Positions 38,692-47,156 of a stretch of 64,000 nt of DNA are shown piece by piece; position 1 is the stretch's first letter, and each line of letters opens with the position of its first letter. The position numbers were made by a program, and so were the translations under genes. The notes beneath the pieces are model-generated. The model saw only the letters and a list, made by a program, of their open reading frames with translations. It ran no database searches and was not told the origin of the DNA. The DNA is from an uncultured delta proteobacterium (GTDB lineage: Bacteria > Myxococcota > Myxococcia > SLRQ01): positions 1,152,001 to 1,216,000 of the forward strand of contig CAVSGM010000001.1 in assembly GCA_963727485.1 (NCBI GenBank), read 5' to 3'.

Positions 38692-39558
38692 ATGAGCCAG
38701 GAAGCCATCGAGACCCAGGCCGACACCGCCTCGCCGGTCACCCCCGGGCCGCGGGCTCCCACCGTCGCCGACGCCGCCGCGGCCGCGGTCACCCTGGAGA
38801 TCCCCGACGCCAAGGTGCAGATCAGCCACCTCGACTTCTTCTACGGGAAGTTCCAGGCGCTCCACGACATCTCCGTGGGCCTCGCCGAGAAGAAGGTCAC
38901 CGCCTTCATCGGCCCCTCGGGCTGCGGCAAGTCCACCCTCCTGCGCACCCTCAACCGGATCTACGAGCTCTACCCGGACCAGCGCGCCTCGGGCGAGATC
39001 CGCCTCGACGGCGAGAACGTCCTCGACCGCAAGCAGGACCTCAACCGCCTCCGGGCCAAGGTGGGCATGGTGTTCCAGAAGCCCACGCCGTTCCCGATGT
39101 CGGTCTACGACAACATCGCCTTCGGGGTGAAGCTCTACGAGAAGCTCTCCCGGGGCGAGATGGCCGACCGGGTGGAGTGGGCCCTGCGCAAGGCGGCGCT
39201 GTGGGAAGAGGTGAAGGACAAGCTCAAGCAGAGCGGCACCCGCCTCTCCGGCGGCCAGCAGCAGCGCCTCTGCATCGCCCGGGCGATCGCCATCCGCCCC
39301 GAGGTCCTCCTCCTCGACGAGCCCGCCTCGGCCCTGGACCCCATCTCCACCGCCCACATCGAGGGGCTCATCGACGAGCTGAAGAGCGACTACTCCATCG
39401 TCATCGTCACCCACAGCATGCAGCAGGCGGCGCGGATCTCCGACTACACCGCGTTCCTCTACCTGGGGCGGCTGGTGGAGTTCGACGTGACCGAGAAGAT
39501 CTTCACCAACCCGGCCCGGAAGGAGACCGAGGACTACATCACCGGCCGCTTCGGCTGA
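38692..39558 (+). CDS. pstB: Phosphate ABC ATPase PstB
   Basis: [34 protein letters not shown]. Confidence 0.97.
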   Translation: MSQEAIETQADTASPVTPGPRAPTVADAAAAAVTLEIPDAKVQISHLDFFYGKFQALHDISVGLAEKKVTAFIGPSGCGKSTLLRTLNRIYELYPDQRASGEIRLDGENVLDRKQDLNRLRAKVGMVFQKPTPFPMSVYDNIAFGVKLYEKLSRGEMADRVEWALRKAALWEEVKDKLKQSGTRLSGGQQQRLCIARAIAIRPEVLLLDEPASALDPISTAHIEGLIDELKSDYSIVIVTHSMQQAARISDYTAFLYLGRLVEFDVTEKIFTNPARKETEDYITGRFG

Positions 39559-39590
39559 GCGGCGGCGGGTGAGGTAGGATCCCGGCCACC

Positions 39591-40534
39591 ATGGGACGGT
39601 CCCAGCGCAGCCGCCTGGGCATTGCCCTGGGCGCCGGTGCCGCCCGGGGCTGGGCGCACATCGGGGTGCTCCGGGTCCTGGCGCGCGCCGGCCGGGAGCC
39701 GGCCTTCGTCGCCGGCACCTCCATCGGGGCCCTGGTGGGCGCCGCCTACGCCGCCGGTCGCCTCGACGCCCTGGAGGGGTGGGTTCGCGGCCTCCAGCGC
39801 CGGGACGTGGTCGCCCTCATGGACCTCGCCTTCTCCGGTGGGGTGATGAACGGCCACCGGCTCTTCGAGCTCTTCGCCGAGGAGGTCCCCGACCTCGACA
39901 TCGCCGACCTCGAGCGCCCCTACGCCGCCGTGGCCACCGACCTCGAGACCGGCCGGGAGGTGTGGCTCACCCGAGGCTCCCTCCACGCGGCGGTCCGGGC
40001 GTCCATCGCCCTGCCGGGGCTGATCTCGCCCGTCCGCCACCAGGGGCGGTGGCTGGTGGACGGGGGGCTGGTGAACCCGGTGCCCGTGTCCGTGTGCCAC
40101 GCCCTCGGCGCCGAGGAGGTCATCGCCGTGGACCTGCAGACGACCCTGCTGGGCCGGCGGCACGAGGACGCGCCCACCGGCAGCGAGGCCGAGGCCGACG
40201 CCGACGCCGACGCCGGCGCCGGCGCCGGCGCGAGCCCACCCTCTGGGACACGGTCCGCGAGAAGGCCCTCGAGCTCCGGGCCCGCCTCCAGAGCTCGGAC
40301 GACGGCGACGACGCCCCGTCCCTCTACGAGGTCATGGCCAGCAGCGTGAACATCATGCAGGTGCGCATCAGCCGCAGCCGCCTCGCCGGCGATCCCCCGG
40401 ATCTCCTGGTCGCCCCCAAGCTCCCGGGCCTGGGCCTCATGGACTTCCACCTCGCCGCCGAGGCCATCGACGCCGGGGTGGCCGCCGCCGAGCGGGCGCT
40501 GGCCGCCGAGGCCGACGAGGCAGGCGGCGCGTAG
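39591..40534 (+). CDS. Patatin-like phospholipase (RssA-like), frameshifted at ~40230
   Basis: GAGAARG, GTSIG, DGG motifs; C-terminus (IMQVRISRSRLAGDPPD) continues in another frame after a GCCGRC repeat tract. Confidence 0.85.
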
Positions 40535-40550
40535 CGCCCGGGCCCGCGCC

Positions 40551-41933
40551 TCACTTCACGCCGGGGTCCGGCTCCCGCACCCGCTCCAGGGCCACCACCG
40601 TCTCCACGTGGTAGGTCTGGGGGAAGAGGTCCACCGGCTGCACCGCGGTGATCTCGTACCCGTAGGGCGCCAGCTGCGCCAGGTCCGGCGCCAGGGTGGT
40701 GGGGTTGCACGACACGTAGATCACCCGCTGGCTCCGGGACCGCCCGATGCGCCGCATCACCTTGCCGCCGGCGCCGGACCGGGGCGGGTCGAGGAGGAAG
40801 AGGTCCGGGGTGCCGATCTCGGGGAGCACCTTCGGCAGGGTGAGCCGGGCGTCGCCGGCGACGAAGGTGGCGTTTGCGATCCCGGCCCGGGCGGCGTTCT
40901 CCTTCGCCGCCTCGATGCTCGCCTCCACCGCCTCGATCCCCCAGACGTGGGCGACCTTCGGCGCCAGGAGCAGGGCGAAGGCCCCGACCCCGCAGTAGAG
41001 GTCCACCGCCCGGTCGCCGGCGGCCGGCCGGGCCAGGTCCAGGACCACCTCGGCGAGGCGGTCGGCCTGGTCGGTGTTGGTCTGGAAGAACGTGGGGAGG
41101 CGGATGGCGTAGGTGGTGCCGTGGAGCTGCTCGAAGATGTGGTCCCGGCCCTGGAGCACCTCGATCGACTCCACCATGACCGCGTCCGACTGCGCCGCGG
41201 TGCGGCCGTGGACCACGCTGGCGATGCGCGGGTGGGCCGCGACGAGCTGCTCGGCCAGCGCCGCGAGCTCGGGGACCTCGCCGGGACCGGTGACCAGCCC
41301 CACCATCAGCTCCCCGGTGCGCTTCGCCTCGCGGAACACCAGGTGCCGCAGGAGCCCGGTGTGGGCCCGGGGATCCCACCGGGAGAGCCCGCGATCCAGG
41401 ACGAAGGCCTTGACCTCCCGGAGGATGGCGCTGGCCTCGGGATCGGGCAGGAGGCAGGCGTCGATCTCCACCACCCGGTCCCAGAACCCCCGGAGGTGGA
41501 GCCCGAGCACCGCCTCGGGGTGGAAGGCGAACTCCATCTTGTTGCGGTAGTGCAGGGTCTCGGCGGCGGGGACCAGGGGCCGGTAGGGCAGGGGGCCCAG
41601 CCCCCCGAGGCGCTCGAGGCTCTCCCGGACGATGGCCTCCTTGGCCCGGGCCTGCGCCGGGTAGGACAGGTGCTGCCAGGCGCAGCCCCCGCACCGCCCG
41701 AAGTAGGGGCAGGGCGGCTCGACCCGGTCGGGCCCCGCCTCGAGGAGCGTCTCGAGCTCGGCCTCGCAGAAGCGCCGGCGGGCCTTCTTCACCCGGGCCC
41801 GGACCCGGTCGCCGGGGGCGGTGAGGGGCACGAAGACCACGTAGCCGTCCACCCGGCCCACGCCCCGGCCGCCGTAGGCGAGGCGCTCGATGGTGACCTC
41901 GAGGATCTGGTCTCGCTGGGGTCGGTTTGCCAC
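40551..41933 (-). CDS. rlmD: 23S rRNA m5U1939 methyltransferase
   Basis: TRAM domain, CPYFGRCGGC Fe-S motif, FFQTN, DLYCGVG, DPPRSG, YVSCNPTTL. Confidence 0.93.
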   Translation of the reverse strand: MANRPQRDQILEVTIERLAYGGRGVGRVDGYVVFVPLTAPGDRVRARVKKARRRFCEAELETLLEAGPDRVEPPCPYFGRCGGCAWQHLSYPAQARAKEAIVRESLERLGGLGPLPYRPLVPAAETLHYRNKMEFAFHPEAVLGLHLRGFWDRVVEIDACLLPDPEASAILREVKAFVLDRGLSRWDPRAHTGLLRHLVFREAKRTGELMVGLVTGPGEVPELAALAEQLVAAHPRIASVVHGRTAAQSDAVMVESIEVLQGRDHIFEQLHGTTYAIRLPTFFQTNTDQADRLAEVVLDLARPAAGDRAVDLYCGVGAFALLLAPKVAHVWGIEAVEASIEAAKENAARAGIANATFVAGDARLTLPKVLPEIGTPDLFLLDPPRSGAGGKVMRRIGRSRSQRVIYVSCNPTTLAPDLAQLAPYGYEITAVQPVDLFPQTYHVETVVALERVREPDPGVK

Positions 41934-42134
41934 GGGCCGTGGCGTTCTAGCACACCCGTCGCCTGCACACCCGCGACAGCCGTGACAGGGTGCGGCGAGG
42001 CGTTCACGTCCGGGTCGGCTCGTGACGGGGATCACCGGGCAGCCATCCAGGTTACTGTAATCACAGCCAAAAGACCTCATACCCTGACGTGGCCGTCGGG
42101 TCTTCCCCCGTGCGGTCCGTCACATTTGGGTGGC

Positions 42135-42150
42135 TGGCACCGCCCTCGCA
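42135..42150 (+). promoter_or_regulatory. Sigma-54 -24/-12 promoter
   Basis: TGGCAC-CGCCC-TCGCA with GG-N10-GC spacing. Confidence 0.65.
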
Positions 42151-42204
42151 AGGTCTTCCAGGTGAAAGGCGCCCCGGCGCGCCCCCATCGCCAGGAGGTC
42201 CGAG

Positions 42205-42360
42205 ATGAAGATGTACGTCGAGTGCGACCGCTGCCGTTACCGGTTCATCATGCGCTACGCCGCCCAGGGCGGCGGGCTGGTCCGGGTCCGCTGCCCCCAG
42301 TGCCGGGAGACCATGGTCCTCCTGGTCCAAGATGAGGTGGCGGCGCGCGGTCGGTCGTGA
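42205..42360 (+). CDS. 51-aa zinc-ribbon protein (MJ0042-finger-like), absent from the ORF track
   Basis: AGGAGG RBS; MKMYVECDRCRYRF...VRVRCPQCRETMVLLVQDEVAARGRS*, with two CxxC motifs. Confidence 0.75.
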   Translation: MKMYVECDRCRYRFIMRYAAQGGGLVRVRCPQCRETMVLLVQDEVAARGRS

Positions 42361-42448
42361 AATAACCCCCTCGGGCTCCCGCCCCCTACTCCCCGCGCCT
42401 GACCCGGCGCCCCGCCGGTCGAGCCTCGACCCCTCCCGGAGACCGCCC

Positions 42449-43129
42449 ATGCGACGCCCTCGCATCCCGTACCTGACCCTCGCCGCCACCGCCCTCCTCG
42501 GTGCCGCCGCCTGTGGCGGCAGCGACCCGGGCAGCGGCACCCAGACCCTCTACGTCCAGGCCCAGGCCGCCAGCGACGGCACCACCGGGGGCACCGTCCT
42601 CGGGGTCACCGTCCGCCAGGGCGACGCCAACGGCTCGGTCATCGACAACGCCACGGTCACCATCACCGCCGCCGACGGCACCCGCTACAGCCTGCCCTGG
42701 GTCGGCGCCTTCAAGATCGGCGGCTACACCAAGAGCAACCTCGCCTGGTCCCCGGCCTGGCACCTCCAGGTCGTCGACGGCGCCGATCAGCTCGAGGCCA
42801 CCCTCAGCGCTCCGGGCGCCACGGTCATCACCAGCCCCAAGCCCGGGAGCACCTTCGACCGCAACGCCGGTAGGCCCCTCACCGTGGCCTGGCGCGACGA
42901 CGCCGGGAAGGGCGCCATGGGCGTGGACATCCACCTCGCCAAGAGCGGCTACAGCCACAGCGTCACCGGCGACCCGGGGCACTACGACATCGATCCCGGC
43001 CGCCTCGACGCCCACGACAACGAGCAGCTCTCGGTGAGCCGCTGGACCCAGGTCCAGCTCGCCGGCGGGGCCGTGGGGTCGACCTTCAAGGCGACCACCA
43101 CCGACCACATCTCCTTCACCATCCAGTAG
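42449..43129 (+). CDS. Hypothetical beta-rich lipoprotein
   Basis: Lipobox AAAC-GG; GGAGA RBS; strong GC3. Confidence 0.8.
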   Translation: MRRPRIPYLTLAATALLGAAACGGSDPGSGTQTLYVQAQAASDGTTGGTVLGVTVRQGDANGSVIDNATVTITAADGTRYSLPWVGAFKIGGYTKSNLAWSPAWHLQVVDGADQLEATLSAPGATVITSPKPGSTFDRNAGRPLTVAWRDDAGKGAMGVDIHLAKSGYSHSVTGDPGHYDIDPGRLDAHDNEQLSVSRWTQVQLAGGAVGSTFKATTTDHISFTIQ

Positions 43130-43145
43130 GGCGCCGCTCGGCACC

Positions 43146-43721
43146 ATGCCCCTCCGCGGCCTCAACGCCCAGCCCTGGAAGCGCCGCGCCGGCGTCATCC
43201 TCGCCGTCCTGGTGGTCCTCACCGTCGCCGCCTGGGTCGGGGTGCGGCTCTGGCGCCCGCCGAGCCCCGCGGGCCCGGTCGCCCGGATCCGCGCCCTGGT
43301 CGACGCCGGGCACACCGGCGCCGCCATCCCCGCCATCGAGACCTTCAGCCGGGCCCACCCCGAGCGCAAGGCGGACACCTTCTTCCTCGAGGGCTACACC
43401 GCCGCGGGCCAGGGCCACTGGACCCGGGCGGCGCGGCTCTACGAGCAGGCCATCGACGCCGACCCCAAGGCCTGGCGCGGGAACGCCACCATCCTCCGCC
43501 AGCTCCTGCCCCACCTCGGGGACGACGACTGCATCACCCGCACCGCCGTCGCCGAGACCCTGGGCAAGCTCGGGGACGTGTCGGCCGCCGGACCGATGAG
43601 CGACGCCCTGGCCCGGGAGGCCGGCCGGCCGAAGGTGCCCCACGACGCCGAGCTGTGCCGCTTCAGCGAGGCGGCGAAGCGGGCCCTGAAGCGCCTGCAT
43701 CCGGCGTCCCACCGTCGGTAG
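43146..43721 (+). CDS. Membrane-anchored TPR/HEAT-repeat protein
   Basis: N-terminal TM; AARLYEQAIDADP; TRTAVAETLGKLGD HEAT-like repeat. Confidence 0.75.
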   Translation: MPLRGLNAQPWKRRAGVILAVLVVLTVAAWVGVRLWRPPSPAGPVARIRALVDAGHTGAAIPAIETFSRAHPERKADTFFLEGYTAAGQGHWTRAARLYEQAIDADPKAWRGNATILRQLLPHLGDDDCITRTAVAETLGKLGDVSAAGPMSDALAREAGRPKVPHDAELCRFSEAAKRALKRLHPASHRR

Positions 43722-44410
43722 CGGCCGGCGTCGGCGTCGGCGTCGGCGGGATCGGCGCCCCCTGGGCGACCACCACCGGCAGCCAGCTCCGGGCCCGCTT
43801 CTGGAGCTTCGTCCCCCGGCGGACCAGGTTCACCAGCTTGTCGGGGACCTGAAGCTTCTCCCGGTGCCCGTCGGGGCCGGCGACGACCATCACGGTCCGC
43901 TGGCGCCGCTCCCCGCTCATGGCGCCGCCGTGGGTCGGGAGCCGCCGGACCTTCACCTCGACCACCGTCCCGGTCCAGGTCGACATGTAGCGGTGGTACC
44001 AGGCGGGCAGGGCGTTGGCGGGCTGGCGCGCCGGATCCTCGATGTGCGCCTCGTCGATGAGCTGGGCCTGCGAGAATCTCCACCGGGTTCCAGGTCATCG
44101 AGCGCTTGCGCAGGTAGTCGCCGGGCTTCAGCTCGCCGGCGAGGTCCCCGGGCACCGGCCGGCGCACCACCTGGCTGTCGGCCATGAGCACCTGGACCTT
44201 GCCGCCCTCCGGCACCGCGACCACCACCGCCTGGTAGGCCTCGAGGTAGCGGTTGACCACCGGGGCCACCAGGATCCCGAAGACGGCCACGACCAGGAGC
44301 AGGAGGTAGAAGTGGCCGAGGTCGCGCTTGAAGCCCCGGGCCTCCCGGGCGATCTCGCGGTCCTCGTCGGCGCCGTCGGCGCGGGGGGTCTCGAGGTCGT
44401 CGGGAGCCAT
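43663..44410 (-). CDS. Hypothetical membrane protein with two similar small beta domains, frameshifted at ~44075
   Basis: TM helix, then YQAVVVAV..KPGDYLRKRSMTWNP and WTGTVVEV..RRGTKLQKRARSWLP; frames join if GAATC at 44074-44078 is read as GATC. Confidence 0.65.
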
Positions 44411-44466
44411 GGGCGGCCACCCTACACCATTGTGGCGCCCCGGACCTCGTGGGATACCCTGCCCCC

Positions 44467-45954
44467 ATGCGCCTCCGCGTCCTCGTCCTCTGGGCCCTGG
44501 TCCTCGCCGGCTGCGCCACCGCCCCGTCGCCCCCGGTCGGCACCGCGAAGGCCGCCGGTCCCGACCTGCGCATCGACGTCATGGACCAGCTCATGGCGGA
44601 GATCGCCGCGGCCAGGGCCGACGGCTCCCTGCCCCAGCTCCAGGCCGCCCTCGACGCCCGGGCCAAGAGCCTCGATCCCTGGGCGGTGGACCAGGCGGCC
44701 TTCGCCCAGGTCGAGACCGACCCCGAGACCGCCTGGAACCGCTTCCACCAGGTGGTCGTCGCCACCGCCGACCAGGGCGGCGCCGCCTTCTGGGCCCACC
44801 TGGGGACGGCGGCGGTCTACCTGAAGTGGGGCGTCCTCGACCAGGCCAAGGGCGCCATCGACGCGGCCCTGGCGGTGGCGCCAAAGGCGGCGCCGGCCCT
44901 CACCTGGGAGGGGCGCCTGGCCCTCCGGCGCAAGCAGCCGGACGCCGCCCGGAAGGCCTTCTCCGCCGCCGTCGACGCCGCCGGCGGCGCGGCCCACGCC
45001 CCGGAGGCGGCGGTGGCCCTCGCCCGCCTCGAGCTCGACGCCGGCCAGGTGGACGCCGCCGGGAAGCTCGCCGCCGAGGTGGTCGCCGCCCACCCCGACG
45101 ACGCCGGGGCCCTGGCGGTGGAGGCCGAGGTCGCCGGCCGGGGCCAGGGCGGGGCCAAGGCCGCCGCGGCCCTCCTCACCAAGGCGGTGCAGGCGTCCCC
45201 CAAGAGCGTCGACCTCAAGGTCCGCCTGGCCCGGGCCCAGGCCAAGGCCGGGGAGGAGCAGGCGGCCCTGGCCACCTGGCAGCAGGTCGCCGCCGCCCGC
45301 CCCGCGGACCTCGCCACCTGGCGCCAGGTCGCCACCACCGCCAAGACCGTGGGCGACGCCGGGGCCGAGACCGCCGCCCTCCAGAAGGTCACCGCGCTGG
45401 CGCCCAAGGACACCGCCGCCCTCACGCGCCTCGCCGACCTCCAACGCGCCGCCGGTGACAACGCCGCCGCCGAGGCCGCCCTCACCCGGCTCCTCCAGGC
45501 CGACCCCAAGGACGGCGCCGCCCGCCTCGAGCGGGGGCGGGTCCGGGAGGCCGAGGGGAACCTCCGGGAGGCCCTCGCCGACGACCGCCAGGCGAAGGCC
45601 GCCGGGATCGCGGGCGCCGCCGACGCCGTGACCGCCCTCGAGAAGCGCATCGGCCTGCCGGACCGGCCCCTCGCCGGCGGGAGCCCCAAGACCCTCTACC
45701 GGCGCATCGCCGGGATCCTCGCCGGCGCCTTCAAGACGCGCCTGGCGACCGTGCCCAGCCTCGGCGGCACCTACTCCCTGAAGATCTGGGTGGAGAAGGG
45801 CCGGGTGGTCGAGGAGGCGGTCGTCGAGAACACCCTCCACGACCCCGTCCTCGAGGCCCTGGCCTGGTGGATGGTCCAGGACGCCCACTTCCCGATCGCC
45901 AAGGGGAAGAGCGAGTACACGCTCCCCTTCACCTTCGCGGCCCCGAACCAGTGA
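44467..45954 (+). CDS. TPR lipoprotein with C-terminal AgmX/PglI (TonB-C-like) domain
   Basis: Lipobox LAGC; many TPR helices; C-terminal RLATVPSLGG..GRV..NTLHDP..HFP..YTLPFTF. Confidence 0.8.
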   Translation: MRLRVLVLWALVLAGCATAPSPPVGTAKAAGPDLRIDVMDQLMAEIAAARADGSLPQLQAALDARAKSLDPWAVDQAAFAQVETDPETAWNRFHQVVVATADQGGAAFWAHLGTAAVYLKWGVLDQAKGAIDAALAVAPKAAPALTWEGRLALRRKQPDAARKAFSAAVDAAGGAAHAPEAAVALARLELDAGQVDAAGKLAAEVVAAHPDDAGALAVEAEVAGRGQGGAKAAAALLTKAVQASPKSVDLKVRLARAQAKAGEEQAALATWQQVAAARPADLATWRQVATTAKTVGDAGAETAALQKVTALAPKDTAALTRLADLQRAAGDNAAAEAALTRLLQADPKDGAARLERGRVREAEGNLREALADDRQAKAAGIAGAADAVTALEKRIGLPDRPLAGGSPKTLYRRIAGILAGAFKTRLATVPSLGGTYSLKIWVEKGRVVEEAVVENTLHDPVLEALAWWMVQDAHFPIAKGKSEYTLPFTFAAPNQ

Positions 45955-47153
45955 CCCCGTCCCGGGTCCAGACCGGCGCCGATCGCCTCGCCGCCGAGGG
46001 CTTCGCGCGCCTCCGGGGTCAGCGGGTGGGCCTGGTGTGCAACCACACCTCGGTGGCCGGCCCGGACCTGGTGCACCTCGCCGACCACCTCGCCGCCGCC
46101 GACGGCGTCACCCTCGCCACCCTCTTCGGCCCCGAGCACGGCATCCGCGGCGACGCCCAGGACATGATCGGCGTCGACGCCGCAATCGACGCGCGCACCG
46201 GGGTCCCGGTCGAGAGCCTCTACGGCCACGACGCCGACTCCCTCTCGCCCACCGCCGAGGGGCTCGCGGGCCTCGACGTCCTCGTCTTCGACCTCCAGGA
46301 CGTGGGCAGCCGCTACTACACCTTCCAGGCGACCATGGCCCTGTGCCTGGCGGCCGCGGCGAAGGCCGGGGTCAAGGTGATGGTCCTCGATCGCCCCAAC
46401 CCTCTCGGGGGCGTGGAGGTCGAGGGCGGCACCGTCGACCCCGGCTTCGAGAGCTTCGTGGGCCTCCACCCGATCCCCGTCCGCCACGGGATGACCGTCG
46501 GCGAGCTCGCGAGGTGGTACCAGGCCACCCTGAAGCTCGGGGGCGAGCTCGAGGTGGTGGAGATGACCGGCTGGCGCCGGGAGATGTCGTTCGCCGACAC
46601 CGGCCTCGACTGGATCGCCCCCTCGCCCAACATGCCCACCGAGGACACCGCCTGGATCTACCCGGGGATGTGCCTGGTCGAGGGCACCGAGCTCTCCGAG
46701 GGCCGGGGCACCACCCGGCCCTTCGAGCAGTGCGGCGCGCCCTTCGTCGACGGTCACGCCCTCGCCGCGCGCCTCGGCGAGCTCACCCGGGATCACCCGG
46801 TGGGCGAGGTGTGCCTTCGCCCCTGCACCTTCCTCCCGATGTTCCAGAAGCACGCCGGCCGCCCCTGCGGCGGGGTGTTCCTCCACGTCCGGGATCGCGC
46901 CGGCCTCAAGCCCTACCGCCTCGGCCTCCTCTTCCTGGCGGCGGTGCGCGAGCTGTGGCCCGCCGAGTTCGCCTGGCGGGCCAGGCCCTACGAGTTCGTG
47001 GGGGAGGTGCCCGCCATCGACCTGCTCACCGGCTCCGCCGACTTCCGCGCCGCCCTCGAGGGCGGGGGGGATCTGCCGGCGGTGATCGCCACCCAGGACG
47101 CCGCCGCCGCGCGCTTCGCCCGGGACCGGCGGCCCTGGCTCCTGTATCCTTGA
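45951..47153 (+). CDS. namZ: Exo-beta-N-acetylmuramidase NamZ (DUF1343)
   Basis: GLVCNHTS, LFGPEHG, FDLQDVGSRYYT, LDRPNP, RHGMTVGE, SEGRGTTRPFE. Confidence 0.92.
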   Translation: MTPSRVQTGADRLAAEGFARLRGQRVGLVCNHTSVAGPDLVHLADHLAAADGVTLATLFGPEHGIRGDAQDMIGVDAAIDARTGVPVESLYGHDADSLSPTAEGLAGLDVLVFDLQDVGSRYYTFQATMALCLAAAAKAGVKVMVLDRPNPLGGVEVEGGTVDPGFESFVGLHPIPVRHGMTVGELARWYQATLKLGGELEVVEMTGWRREMSFADTGLDWIAPSPNMPTEDTAWIYPGMCLVEGTELSEGRGTTRPFEQCGAPFVDGHALAARLGELTRDHPVGEVCLRPCTFLPMFQKHAGRPCGGVFLHVRDRAGLKPYRLGLLFLAAVRELWPAEFAWRARPYEFVGEVPAIDLLTGSADFRAALEGGGDLPAVIATQDAAAARFARDRRPWLLYP

Positions 47154-47156
47154 GCC

